In this document: piece by piece, positions 1 through 9,877 of the stretch
Numbering within the stretch: the first letter of the stretch is position 1
Layout of the letters: the number at the start of each line of letters is the position of its first letter
NCBI RefSeq assembly: GCF_000400465.1
Contig: NW_008806277.1
Coordinates: 390,001-422,000 of the forward strand
Direction of reading: 5' to 3'
DNA: 32,000 nt
DNA from: Wallemia ichthyophaga EXF-994
Lineage: Eukaryota; Fungi; Basidiomycota
Position numbers and translations under genes: made by a program
Notes under the pieces: generated by a model
Told to the model about the DNA's origin: nothing
Databases searched by the model: none
What the model saw: only the letters and a program-made list of their open reading frames with translations

Positions 1-22
1 TGAAATACATAGCTTGCAAAAC

Positions 23-943
23 TCAACTAATACAATTATGATATAAAGAGACAATTTGCTCGTCTGGTAATTTGACAATTTCGACCTTCTCCTTTTTTGC
101 AAGGAGTTTGAGGTTGTAAACCAATTTGCTCTCGTTGTCGGGTAGGAAGAGAGGATGTCTGCTGTCAGGGAATAGAGTGATCCAATCATCGTTGTTGAAG
201 TTGAATTGCTTGAGGTATATTGATACGAGCGAGTTTGGCTTGAGTTTGAAGCCGAACATGGGCTCTTTGCCTTTAGATTCGCGTATTTTGATGGAATCGA
301 TGCTGTCAAAGTCTATGATGCGCGCAACGTGCAGTGTCGACGACGTTGGTTCTACGAGGAGAACAAGAGCGTCTTGTTTGTATAGAAGGTGCATATTGCG
401 ATTTGTAGCACCTTCTAAGGAAGACTTTCCAAAGAATGACTTGTATAAGGGGATAATATGCTCTGAGAGATAAATCTTGTCTAGATTGGTCTTTACGGAG
501 AACTCCTGCCAGTGTTTAGAGATGATAGGGTTCTTTATAAGTGTGAGGTGGCTGTTTTGCGTTGTTTTCTGGGTTATTGAAGCACTTGTCGGTGTTGTAG
601 TTACAGGGTAAGATTTGGGTGCTGTTGATGGACCTTCACGTGCCATTTCATCGGCCATTTCAGCCGCGATTTCAGGATCCCTCCACTTCCTCTTTCTACC
701 AGGATTCCTAGAATTCCAAGGATTCCAACTAACATCCGAATTCATTCCATTAACGGTAACAGACGTGTTCACTTGGTCATTAGAAACCAAATTAATTCGC
801 GGCTTAAACTTATTTATGATCTCATCATCCGTGTTCTCGTCACTTAGATTAAAATTTAAAGGCAATTGAATTAATTTATTCTTCGTCTTGTTATCACTAG
901 TCGTATACTGAACTTCAACTTGAATTTCTATTGATCGTGCCAT
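23..943 (-). CDS. Hypothetical 306-aa protein: basic NLS-like PGRKRKW, S/T linker, C-terminal globular domain (putative PH-like) shared with the 13612-15821 gene and the Ulp2-like gene
   Basis: Intact ATG(943)-TGA ORF, no clear intron, non-overlapping slot downstream of RNR2. Motif blocks LLYKQDAL / IDFDSIDSI / MFGFKLKPNS resemble blocks in two other genes here. No family recognised. Confidence 0.7.
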   Translation of the reverse strand: MARSIEIQVEVQYTTSDNKTKNKLIQLPLNFNLSDENTDDEIINKFKPRINLVSNDQVNTSVTVNGMNSDVSWNPWNSRNPGRKRKWRDPEIAAEMADEMAREGPSTAPKSYPVTTTPTSASITQKTTQNSHLTLIKNPIISKHWQEFSVKTNLDKIYLSEHIIPLYKSFFGKSSLEGATNRNMHLLYKQDALVLLVEPTSSTLHVARIIDFDSIDSIKIRESKGKEPMFGFKLKPNSLVSIYLKQFNFNNDDWITLFPDSRHPLFLPDNESKLVYNLKLLAKKEKVEIVKLPDEQIVSLYHNCIS

Positions 944-1030
944 TCTTCACTCTCAAGGTACTTGAAAGACAAAAGAAATCATCATAAATAAAATACAATT
1001 GTGAATATTTTCACGTGGTCATTCTAAAAT

Positions 1031-2298
1031 CTAGAAGTCTGCGTCGAGCGTAAACTCCTTACCTTTACCTGCTGTTTCGTCCGCTTTAACACCTGCCTTT
1101 GCATAATCTGACACTCTCTTCTCAAAGAAGTTGGTCTTGCCTTGAAGTGAGATCATTTCCATAAAGTCGAATGGGTTTGTTGAGTTGTAGTACTTGTCAT
1201 TACCCAATGACACCAACAGCCTATCAGCGCAGAACTCGATATACTGACACATTAACTTTGCGTTCATACCTATCAGCGCTACAGGGAGGGCATCTGATAA
1301 GAACTCCTGCTCAATTCCAACTGCTTCAACGATGATCTTCTCGACGACCTTTGGATGTGGTCGACGGTTGAGATGTCCAAAGAGCAAGCAAGCGAATTCC
1401 TGAGAGTGTTTGTTAGATGTGAGTGTTTAAAGTTGATAAAACTCACAGTATGCAAGCCTTCATCACGTGATATTAACTCATTCGAGAATGTCAATCCTGG
1501 CATCAAACCTCTCTTTTTTAACCAGAAAATGGATGCAAAGGAGCCACTAAAGAAAATTCCTTCAACAGCAGCAAATGCAATTAACCTTTCACCAAATGTA
1601 GCTTTATCGTCATTAATCCACTTGACAGCCCAATCAGCTTTCCTTTTAATGCAAGGGATTGTTTCAATTGCGTTGAACAAGAAATCACGTTGTTCAGGTT
1701 CAGGTATGTAAGTATCGATCAGGAGTGAGTAGGTTTCACTGTGAATGTTTTCCATCATGATTTGGAAACCATAGAAACATCTTGCTTCAGCGAGTTGAAC
1801 TTCACCGGAAAATCTTTCAAGTAAATTTTCATTTACGATGCCATCAGAGGCAGCGAAGAAAGCAAGAACATGACTAATGAAGTGCTTTTCGTCTTTGTTG
1901 ATCTTGTTTGTCCAGTCAGTGATGTCTTTGGATAAGTCCATTTCCTCTGCAGTCCAGAAGGAAGCCTCAGCCTTCTTATAGAATTGCCAGATTTCAGTGT
2001 ATTGGATTGGGAAAAGAACGAATCTTCTTGGGTTTTCCTTGAGAAGAGGTTCGTCTTCTTCTTTGCAGTTGACGTCGCCGACAAAGTATTTGCCACGGAG
2101 TTCTTCAGCCGAGAGGTTGTCTAGGTTGAGGTTGTTAGCGTCGATTGGTGTGTCTGTGGCGGTGTTTGTGGGTGTTTCAGCGTGATTCTTGTTGGATTGT
2201 TCACCAAAAGAGGGTTTTTTAGGATTAGACACGTTCAGCTTTGAATCCATTTGGTTTGATAGTGTGTGGATTGGCTGGTTTTGATCTACGCTTGACAT
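1031..2298 (-). CDS. RNR2: Ribonucleoside-diphosphate reductase small subunit (R2), 2 exons
   Basis: R2 motifs [41 protein letters not shown]-terminal KTNFFEKRV...FTLDADF. Intron 1400-1446 (47 nt, GTGAGT..CTAAC..CAG) joins EGLHT to [10 protein letters not shown]. Alternative in-frame ATG at 2337. Confidence 0.97.
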
Positions 2299-2345
2299 TT
2301 CCTTATTATTTTGGTGATGGAAGTACACGTCTAACATGTAACAAG

Positions 2346-2358
2346 TCGCGCGACGCGT
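2346..2358. promoter_or_regulatory. MCB (MluI cell-cycle box) ACGCGT with abutting TCGCGCGA palindrome upstream of RNR2
   Basis: TCGCGCGACGCGT lies 48-60 bp upstream of ATG 2298. RNR genes are classic MBF/MCB targets in fungi. Confidence 0.6.
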
Positions 2359-2603
2359 GCTTATGTCAAATTAGATTCGATTATGTCACACTTCTTTGTA
2401 ATCTATTGTAATTTAATTGCCTGACTTGGTAACCTACACATACTAAATCCAGCTATCTCTTCTGTTATCGGATTTGAATTTTCAGACTCCGATAAGATTT
2501 TATAGGGGCTTATTTAAATTTAAATTTGTAGTAGTCTACACTTGAAATTTTGTACTCTGTTTCCATGTAATTGCTTCTATCTGCTCGTTAAGCGTAGCCA
2601 CCA

Positions 2604-3389
2604 ATGAGTGACCTTGAAATATCCAAAGAGGGCCATGATACACCTGAGAACACTAAAAATAAGACTGGAATGATCTATATCTCTAGAATTCCTCCTGGAA
2701 TGACTCCTTCCAAAGTTAGGGCTATTATGGCTCAGCATGGTGAATTGGGTAGAATTTACCTGGCACCTGCAGGTGGGTTCGGATTAAAAGCCCTATCCAC
2801 AGCTCACACGTATGTCAGCCAATTCACACCCAAAGAACCCGCGCTTTAAAGAAGGCTGGGTTGAGTTTAAGAAGCGTAGAGTAGCCAGAAAGGTTGCACA
2901 GCTACTCAACGCCCAGCCAATTGGTGGCAAGAAAGGTGATCGTTATAGGGATGATATCTGGACGATGAAATTTTTAGGTGGTTTCAAATGGGAGATGTTG
3001 AGTGAGCATATTGGTGGGTTTTTGTTTGTGCGGTGTGCTATATACTGATACGCCCATCAGCCATCGAACAGGCCTCTCATTCGGCTAAACTGCGCAATGA
3101 ATTGTCTCAATCGAAGCGCGAGCAGGAGGATTATCTGAAGCGCGTCGACCGCGCAAAGAAGCAGTCAGCCATCGATGAACGTCGCTCTGCTAAAAATCTT
3201 CCTCCGAAGACTTCCGACAAGCACTACGAATTCAAACAGCGCCAAGTTGTGTCGCGTCACCCCTCCGAGCAAGCATCACAAGAATCAAATGCTAATGTTA
3301 ATGCAAAGCGGAAGCGCGCGGGATATGATCCCGCAGTGGAACAGCATAAGGCTAAAAAGTTAGAAACCGTACTAGGCAATTTATTTTAA
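2604..3389 (+). CDS. ESF2: Pre-rRNA-processing protein ESF2/ABT1 family, 3 exons
   Basis: Motifs [42 protein letters not shown]. Introns 2773-2818 (46 nt) and 3014-3060 (47 nt) join the three ORF fragments in frame. Confidence 0.93.
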
Positions 3390-3547
3390 TTTATGATGCA
3401 ATTTTTCACTAGCCTCGGCGAACATGGCGACTCTTCCTAGACATGCTAAATTGACATTCCGAATCGAGCAACGGTTAATATAAACTGTTGGTAAAGGATG
3501 AGGAAAGTTACTTACATACGATTACCATCACTGGCTGACGACATCCG

Positions 3548-5401
3548 ATGGATAACAGCAAACTAGCCTCCACCAGTTCCGAGGAGCCATTAACTATAGT
3601 GCCACCAGTTGCGCGGCGCTCGTTGATGGCCTCACCACAAGCCTCCATGTCAGCATCCGTGAGCGAGAAGTACATGTCATTCCCCGACGAGCCTTACCTC
3701 TTTGAGCGGGTGGCAGAGGAGGATGACGATGACAACGCGGATGATGACCTCCACCGCCCCGACGAGTACGTTAAAGCAACTGACAGAGTGGCTTCCGGCA
3801 GGCTATGTACTCGACGTGGAATACTCAATGTCGGTATGCTCGTTCTGCTCACAGCTGCGCTCTTGATGCTTTTCGCCGGATACCCTATATTGGATTATGC
3901 GCGAGAAGTGCAACGCACAACGAACGGCGGGTACAATCTAGGCTTCATCAACTCTACAGGCCAGACGGCGGTTATTGGAGGGATGCACACGCGCGGGCTG
4001 GTGGATCCCGATACGCCCGCTTCTGCGCGTCATCGCGTAGGTTACGACGGACAGGAGTAGTAAGTGGGCACATTGTTGCGTCTACACACACACTCACACA
4101 CTCCACCCCACAGCGAGCTGGTGTTCTCGGACGAATTCAACGAGGACGGCCGTACATTTTACCCGGGTGAAGACCCCTACTGGGAAGCAGCCGACCTGCA
4201 CTACTGGGGAACGAACAACCTGGAGTGGTATTCGCCGCGCCAAGTGAGCACATCTGGCGGGGCGCTGCACCTAACGCTGGACGAGGTGGAGAGTCATGAC
4301 CTCAATTACGAGGGAGGACTACTGACAAGCTGGAACAAGATGTGTTTCACGGGCGGGTATGTATCTGCATCAGTGAAGCTGCCGGGCGCTTCGGATGTGT
4401 GGGGGCTGTGGCCAGCGTTCTGGACAATGGGCAACCTCGGTCGAGCGGGTTATGGAGCGAGTCTCGATGGGCTCTGGCCGTATAGCTACGACAGCTGCGA
4501 CGTTGGCACACTGCAGAACCAGACACTCGGCACATACCCGCCCGCTGCAGCCACACAAGGTGACGAGTACCACGACTACAAGCTCTCCTTCCTCCCCGGA
4601 CAGCGTCTATCGCGGTGCACATGCACAGGTGAGGACCACCCCGGACCTTTGCTTGCAGATGGCACGTTCAAAGGTCGTGCTGCACCCGAGATCGATATCC
4701 TTGAGGCACAAGTTAGCGAGGCGACTGAAACCGGCCAGCTCTCTATGTCGGGCCAATTCGCACCATTTAATAGCAACTATCGCTACAACAACACAGGCGA
4801 CAACGTGCACCTCACTCATCCCGACAGAGACATACCCAACTCGTACTTTGGCGCAGTCTTCCAGCAGTCGGTCAGTGGCGTTGTGGAGTCGGACCAGGAA
4901 TGCTACCAGTTAGGCGCAGATGGGGGATGTTTCGACGAGTACGGGTTTGAATACACGCCTGGACCGGCTGGCGACATCAAGTGGTCTGTCGGCGGCGAGG
5001 TGCGGTGGACGATGGAAGCGGCGGCCGTGGGTCCAGACGCCACGACGGATATCAGCCAGCGCACTATCTCGGAAGAACCCATGTACATGCTGCTGAACCA
5101 GGGCATATCGGAGAATTTCGGCAACATTGACTGGGAAGAACTAATCTTCCCGTCGGTTATGTCAGTCGATTGGGTGAGAGTGTACCAGCCAGCTGGGAAG
5201 CGTAATGTGGGGTGCGATCCGGTGGAGATGCCCACCGCCAGTTATATCGCACGCCATCTGGACGCCTACAGCAACCCGAACCTCACAACCTGGGAGCAGT
5301 ACGGGGGTGAATGGCCTCTCAACGCCCTCGAGCACCAGGATGAGCAGAGGTGCGAGACCGCTCTAAATCTCGCACCCGATAACCTCATCGGGCTTGTTTA
5401 A
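3548..5401 (+). CDS. KRE6: KRE6/SKN1-like GH16 beta-1,6-glucan synthesis-associated type II membrane protein, 2 exons
   Basis: N-terminal TM segment (ILNVGMLVLLTAALLMLFAGYP), LVFSDEF, WPAFWTMGNLGRAGY, GH16 catalytic motif APEIDILE. Intron 4060-4113 (54 nt, GTAAGT..CAG) gives GYDGQEYELVFSDEF. Confidence 0.93.
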
Positions 5402-5613
5402 TCGCTTTGTTTTGTTTTGTTTCTCTTTCGCAGCACCAGTAGCTTTACCTGTATACGTCTTAATATAATATGGATATCACATTGTTTCTTTTTACACAGT
5501 AGCGAATGCATGTCGTTATGTACAAAGAACGTAAAATGAGAGAGAGGAAGCGTAGAAGAGGCGCGAGAAGGGGCCAGCCAGCGACCCAAGCATTCAGCGC
5601 AACCGACGCAACA

Positions 5614-7356
5614 TTACCAGCCGAAAGTCTCACAATGTTGAGACAGACCACCGATTTCCTTGAGATACCTCGGATCGATACCGCCGATGGCAGCTCTGCA
5701 CGATCTGACCGTGGAGGGAGGACCACAAATACCGACGACCATGCCATACGTGCAGTGTCTATCTTTAGCCATAAAGACAGCATCTTCGATTATAGCGGCG
5801 ATAGAGGGTCTCTTGGCGAGAATCTCTCCGTCTCTATGGGGGAGGAGGTAAGTGAGGTCATCGCTCGATACGCCGGCGGCGTTACCGTGGCGAGTGATGA
5901 AGACCTTAACGGTGAGGTCGAGCGGAACGAGGGAGGCAGCGACGAGGAGCGTCATAAGTTCCTCGTGGAAGACTTGATACGTAGCGACATCCCTGACTAT
6001 CCAAATGACCTGGCAAGTAGTAGCACGTGCGTGACCGCCTCTGCTCTGCTTAACGAGGTCTTCCGCACACGCAAGCACGAACGCGAGACCTGATCCCGCC
6101 GCCACAAAGAGCACATGGCCGTTCTTCCCGAAAGACGTATAGAGCGGACCACCGTAAGGGCCCTCGACGGTAACTGCAGCGGTGGGGACGCTGTCGTGAC
6201 CTGCTTTCTCAGGCCCTACCTCGTGCGTCCCGTATGTGATTTCGTTCTGCTTGCGCTGCGCTAGTGCCAGCACGCGGCTGCTCCAGTCGCCATTGCTGCG
6301 TATGATCAAACGCAGCCCGTCACTGCCACCTATCGCACTTGCTATGGAGATCGGGTGCTTCTCTATCAAATTACCCAATCCAAACAACTTGCCGCCTAGC
6401 TCCTGAACGCGCAGGTAGACGTGCTGACCTGCTTCCCAGCCACCGCGCAAGTCGGGGATTGTTATCGTTGTGTAGCCGGCTGCCGGGTGGGGAGTAATCT
6501 CCGCGAGACGAGAACGGGATCTGCAGAAACGCATAATGCAGTCAACGCCGTAGAAGACGATGCAAGGGATAATGAATGGCTGCGTCTGCTTCCAGTGGAT
6601 CATGATGGCGATGAGGTAGATCCAGTAGCCGAGCCAGTGGGAGTGCCAGAAGAGGTTGTAGAAGTTGGTGCGACACCAGGGGACAGACAGAACGGCGGTG
6701 AGTAGAAGACCGACCATGGCGAGAATGCCAGATTGGTAGAGGGGCGTTTTGAGAGTGGCTGCGGTAGAACCATTTAGAGTGCTCTTGTGGGCGTAGCCGG
6801 CCGTGTGGAGGAGAGCAAACAAGACGCAAAGCCTACCTAATAGCCTGTGGAGCTTGTTGAGCTTCTCGTATCCCCAGCCGCCCATAGTGCCGACAATGGA
6901 ATTCTTGAAAGAGAGGGCGGTGACAGCGGGTGTTACAGCGACAGCAGCCCAGCCAGCTCTGTTGGGTTCTTTGATGGGGTTCGTTGGGCCATACGCAAAG
7001 ACAAAGAGAGACGCAGCCGTGGCGAGCGCAAAGACAAAGGCCTGGCCAGCAGTGAGGGATATGCCTGGAAGGGGAGTGTTGGCTGTGGGTGCCAGCCACA
7101 CAGTGAAACGCTTGAATACGTTGGGTTTTGCGCTCTGGCCTTTGTTGAATGGGGATTTGGTGATGACAGAGAAAGGGTACGCGCCCGGGCCATCAATCTC
7201 ACCCTTGTGGAGGAAGGTGGCACGCTGGATACCGCGGGCCATCACCCAGTTCACCATCGACGGCAGTCTGGCTATGAACGCCACGCCTAACATTCCACCG
7301 AAGAATGCCTGCAAATAAATTGCTTGTTCATGCGATTGACTGATTGGGTGACTCAT
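5614..7356 (-). CDS. Ferric/cupric reductase (FRE/NOX superfamily), intronless, ~580 aa
   Basis: Two H-x13-H heme-ligand helices (HRLLGRLCVLFALLH; HWLGYWIYLIAIMIH), FAD-binding HPISIAS, VEGPYG, NADPH-binding AAGSGL, terminal ETFGW. First plausible ATG is 7356 (MSHPISQ). Confidence 0.9.
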   Translation of the reverse strand: MSHPISQSHEQAIYLQAFFGGMLGVAFIARLPSMVNWVMARGIQRATFLHKGEIDGPGAYPFSVITKSPFNKGQSAKPNVFKRFTVWLAPTANTPLPGISLTAGQAFVFALATAASLFVFAYGPTNPIKEPNRAGWAAVAVTPAVTALSFKNSIVGTMGGWGYEKLNKLHRLLGRLCVLFALLHTAGYAHKSTLNGSTAATLKTPLYQSGILAMVGLLLTAVLSVPWCRTNFYNLFWHSHWLGYWIYLIAIMIHWKQTQPFIIPCIVFYGVDCIMRFCRSRSRLAEITPHPAAGYTTITIPDLRGGWEAGQHVYLRVQELGGKLFGLGNLIEKHPISIASAIGGSDGLRLIIRSNGDWSSRVLALAQRKQNEITYGTHEVGPEKAGHDSVPTAAVTVEGPYGGPLYTSFGKNGHVLFVAAGSGLAFVLACAEDLVKQSRGGHARATTCQVIWIVRDVATYQVFHEELMTLLVAASLVPLDLTVKVFITRHGNAAGVSSDDLTYLLPHRDGEILAKRPSIAAIIEDAVFMAKDRHCTYGMVVGICGPPSTVRSCRAAIGGIDPRYLKEIGGLSQHCETFGW

Positions 7357-7534
7357 GTCTTTTATTTGTCTTGGTTGTTTGTGTTTGACTTTCTTTGCGA
7401 CCGGCGCCTTCTTTGGTATGTAAAAGCCTTCAACGTATCGCCTCGACAAGCCCGCGGACAAAGTCTGGAACGTACGTGTGATGATGTCATTATGCAAATA
7501 AAATATGAAAGTTTTACTAAAATTTTTATCTAAC

Positions 7535-9537
7535 TTAATCTGAATCGCTTGAGTCGTTGTCTTGGTTTTCATTATCACTCTCTTCACTCTCACTCTCACT
7601 ACCACTCTCTTCCTTTTTCACCGACTGCCCACGAAGCTGTGCCATCTGTCCCGCCAATGTGTCTTCCTCAGGCTCGCTAATATCATCCTCCTCCTTCTCC
7701 TTAGCCGCACCCTTCTCTACCACCAGCCTCATTGTCCTCGCTGCCTGGAATCCCCACCCTGGCTGCACTTCGGAGCAAACGACTGCCCTGAATGTGTAAA
7801 CTCCCGGCTGAGGTGGCGCTTGGAATTGCAGGTTGAGACTCTTTGCCACATTCTTAAATTTGGGAGTCTGAACCACGGGTATATTCGTGAAGCGACCCGG
7901 CTGCACGATGATCCTCCCCGTCTTGGCATCTGTCAGCATAGCGAGGTAGGTGATAGGGCGTTCATGCGGGAAGCGTGGTGTGTACGCGGCGTGTAATCTA
8001 CTATCCTTTACCTCCTCCAACACGTCGCTCTCGGGCTTGCTACCGTCGTCGCCGAGTGGGAAACGCGCAGGCACGAGACGCACCTTGGTCTTGAACTGCA
8101 CTATCGCACCTGGTGTTACTGTCTCTTCGTCGACGACTGTGAGGTATGTGTTAGCTTGCTTTGGTTTCTTCACGTTACACTAATATCTGAAAGTGCATCT
8201 TTGACTCCAAACTCACCTTCAAAACTGGCATCAGCGATGTCTACGTGGAGTAGCCTACCGAGAACCTCATTGACACCGTGATAGTCCTCTTGGCGCACAC
8301 CATCCTTCTCGCCCACTCGGAGCAACTGTCTACGTTCGTTTTCCGACGCTCTGGCGACGGTGAAGGGGGCTTTCTCTGCAAGTTCCTCAGCCAATGATTC
8401 CGGTATATTGTAGATACCCTTATACACGCTATCGCCGGGTTTAGTTGCTGTGAGGAGGTGGCCTGAGAGCTGGGCCATTTTGAGTGTGGTTGGAAGCCAA
8501 TTATGAGCGAGTGAGATAGCCAGTAACGTCCTGTGCACATGCAAAGCCACCGGGAGAATAGCGCGTTGCTGAGACTGCAGTTTTCTTGGCAATTCGATAC
8601 GCAGCACATGCGCAAACAGCAGGACAGCCGCGCGAACTGATTGTGGGCGTGCATATATACCTGTCGCTGGGAAGACATAGTCAAGCTGCTCTTTCGCAGT
8701 CCCCTTGACCATCTTGGCGGTATGCTTGTCGATGGGGGTGGAGGGCAGCACACCAACCATCTCGTCTGCCGTAGCGAGAAGATGGAGGAGGTCGGAAAAG
8801 TCAGCGTTTTCATCAACCTTGCGGAAGAATATGGCTGCGGTGGAGTTCTGCACGCGGTCTTTGGTCAGCGAGCGGCTGGCGAACCACCACTTGCCGACGA
8901 AATAGGGCAGACCGAGACCGAAGAGAATGCCATAGACACCGAGCACCCAGAGCGAGTTCTGTGAGTCGACGACCCACGTCGGGATAGCCACGCCCATAGC
9001 CACCTCCTGCTTGCCGTCGGGATGGCCAAACTGCTCGAGATTCTGCTTGACGACATCGTCAGTGAGCGCCTTGTAAGCCTTTGTGAGGCTGACAAAGTAG
9101 TTGTCAGCGTCCTCCGACGTCTGGTTGACAGCGAGTTTGACTTTGTCTGGGTGGAATTGCAGTGACAGCCTCTTGTAGTGCTTCCTGATCTGTTTCTGGG
9201 TGGACCCAGAGGCTAGACCAAGTATTTCAAATGGGTCATACACACTAAACTCCAACTTGATGTCCCTGGTCTTGATGGTTATGTAGGCGAACGCAGCCCA
9301 GCCCACAGCAAGCACAGCAAGACGCGTCCACGTAGCTTTTGGCTGTTTGGAAGACTTGGGCTTTGGGTGCTGCGCTGGATACGGGAAGGCTGGGAGGTGT
9401 AGGCCACCGGGAGAAGTGCTCTCGCGGAAAAAGCCATAGAGCGTGGATACAGACAGCGGGAACAGAATCAGGAATAGAAACGTGAGCGTGAAGTAGCCTG
9501 CGAATTGGCCACTCTCGTCGTATTGCGTGCCGGTCAT
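7535..9537 (-). CDS. SEC63: ER translocon subunit Sec63 (TM segments, J-domain, Sec63/Brl domain, acidic tail), 2 exons
   Basis: N-terminal QYDESG..YF, J-domain YDPFEILG...FHPDK, QFGHPDGKQE, acidic C-terminus DDISEPEEDTLAGQMA. Intron 8137-8216 (80 nt, GTGAGT..GCTAAC..CAG) gives ASFEVVDEETVTPG. Confidence 0.95.
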
Positions 9538-9877
9538 CTGCCGTCTGCCTCGTCTTGGTGGTTGAGTGGAAAGTGATGAGCTGTGATTTGAAGGTGTCAA
9601 TAAATTCTAATTTTTGGAGATGTGCAGTGAGTGGTGTGTGCTGAGTATGAATATAATATTCATCTCTTGATAAGACGGTTCGTTGGATTACATGATTAAA
9701 TTGGTTAAATACCACCCAAATACGGTGTGGAGTGTGCTGTGTGTGTGTGGTGATATAGCCTGTATAAATAAACACAAACAAATACAAATATAATTAAAAA
9801 TATTCAAACAGTCATCCCCACTCACACTAAATATCAGCACACTTGGACCCAAACCACAACGACGACGACGAATTAAA

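Noticed and set aside
5506-7318. Several long plus-strand ORFs (5506-6093, 6803-7318, 6847-7290) antisense to the ferric reductase
   Set aside because: Typical shadow ORFs of GC-rich coding DNA, with no motifs or splice support.
7526-7531. Single AGATAA (GATA) site upstream of the ferric reductase as an iron-repressor site
   Set aside because: One short AT-rich match immediately after the SEC63 stop, with no second site or extended consensus.
7357-7605. 83-codon open extension of the ferric reductase ORF overlapping the SEC63 3' end
   Set aside because: Starts at a non-ATG codon, reads through the SEC63 tail and spacer, and shows no reductase-like features. ATG 7356 is the parsimonious start.
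3548-9537. Horizontal transfer as the explanation for the GC-rich block
   Set aside because: It contains SEC63 and KRE6 with fungal-type sequences and normal spliceosomal introns, and has no integrase, transposase or flanking repeats.
9245-9787. 180-aa minus-strand ORF with HTQHTP twice
   Set aside because: Out of frame with SEC63 and spans its promoter. The peptide repeat merely reflects the DNA repeat reported as a finding.
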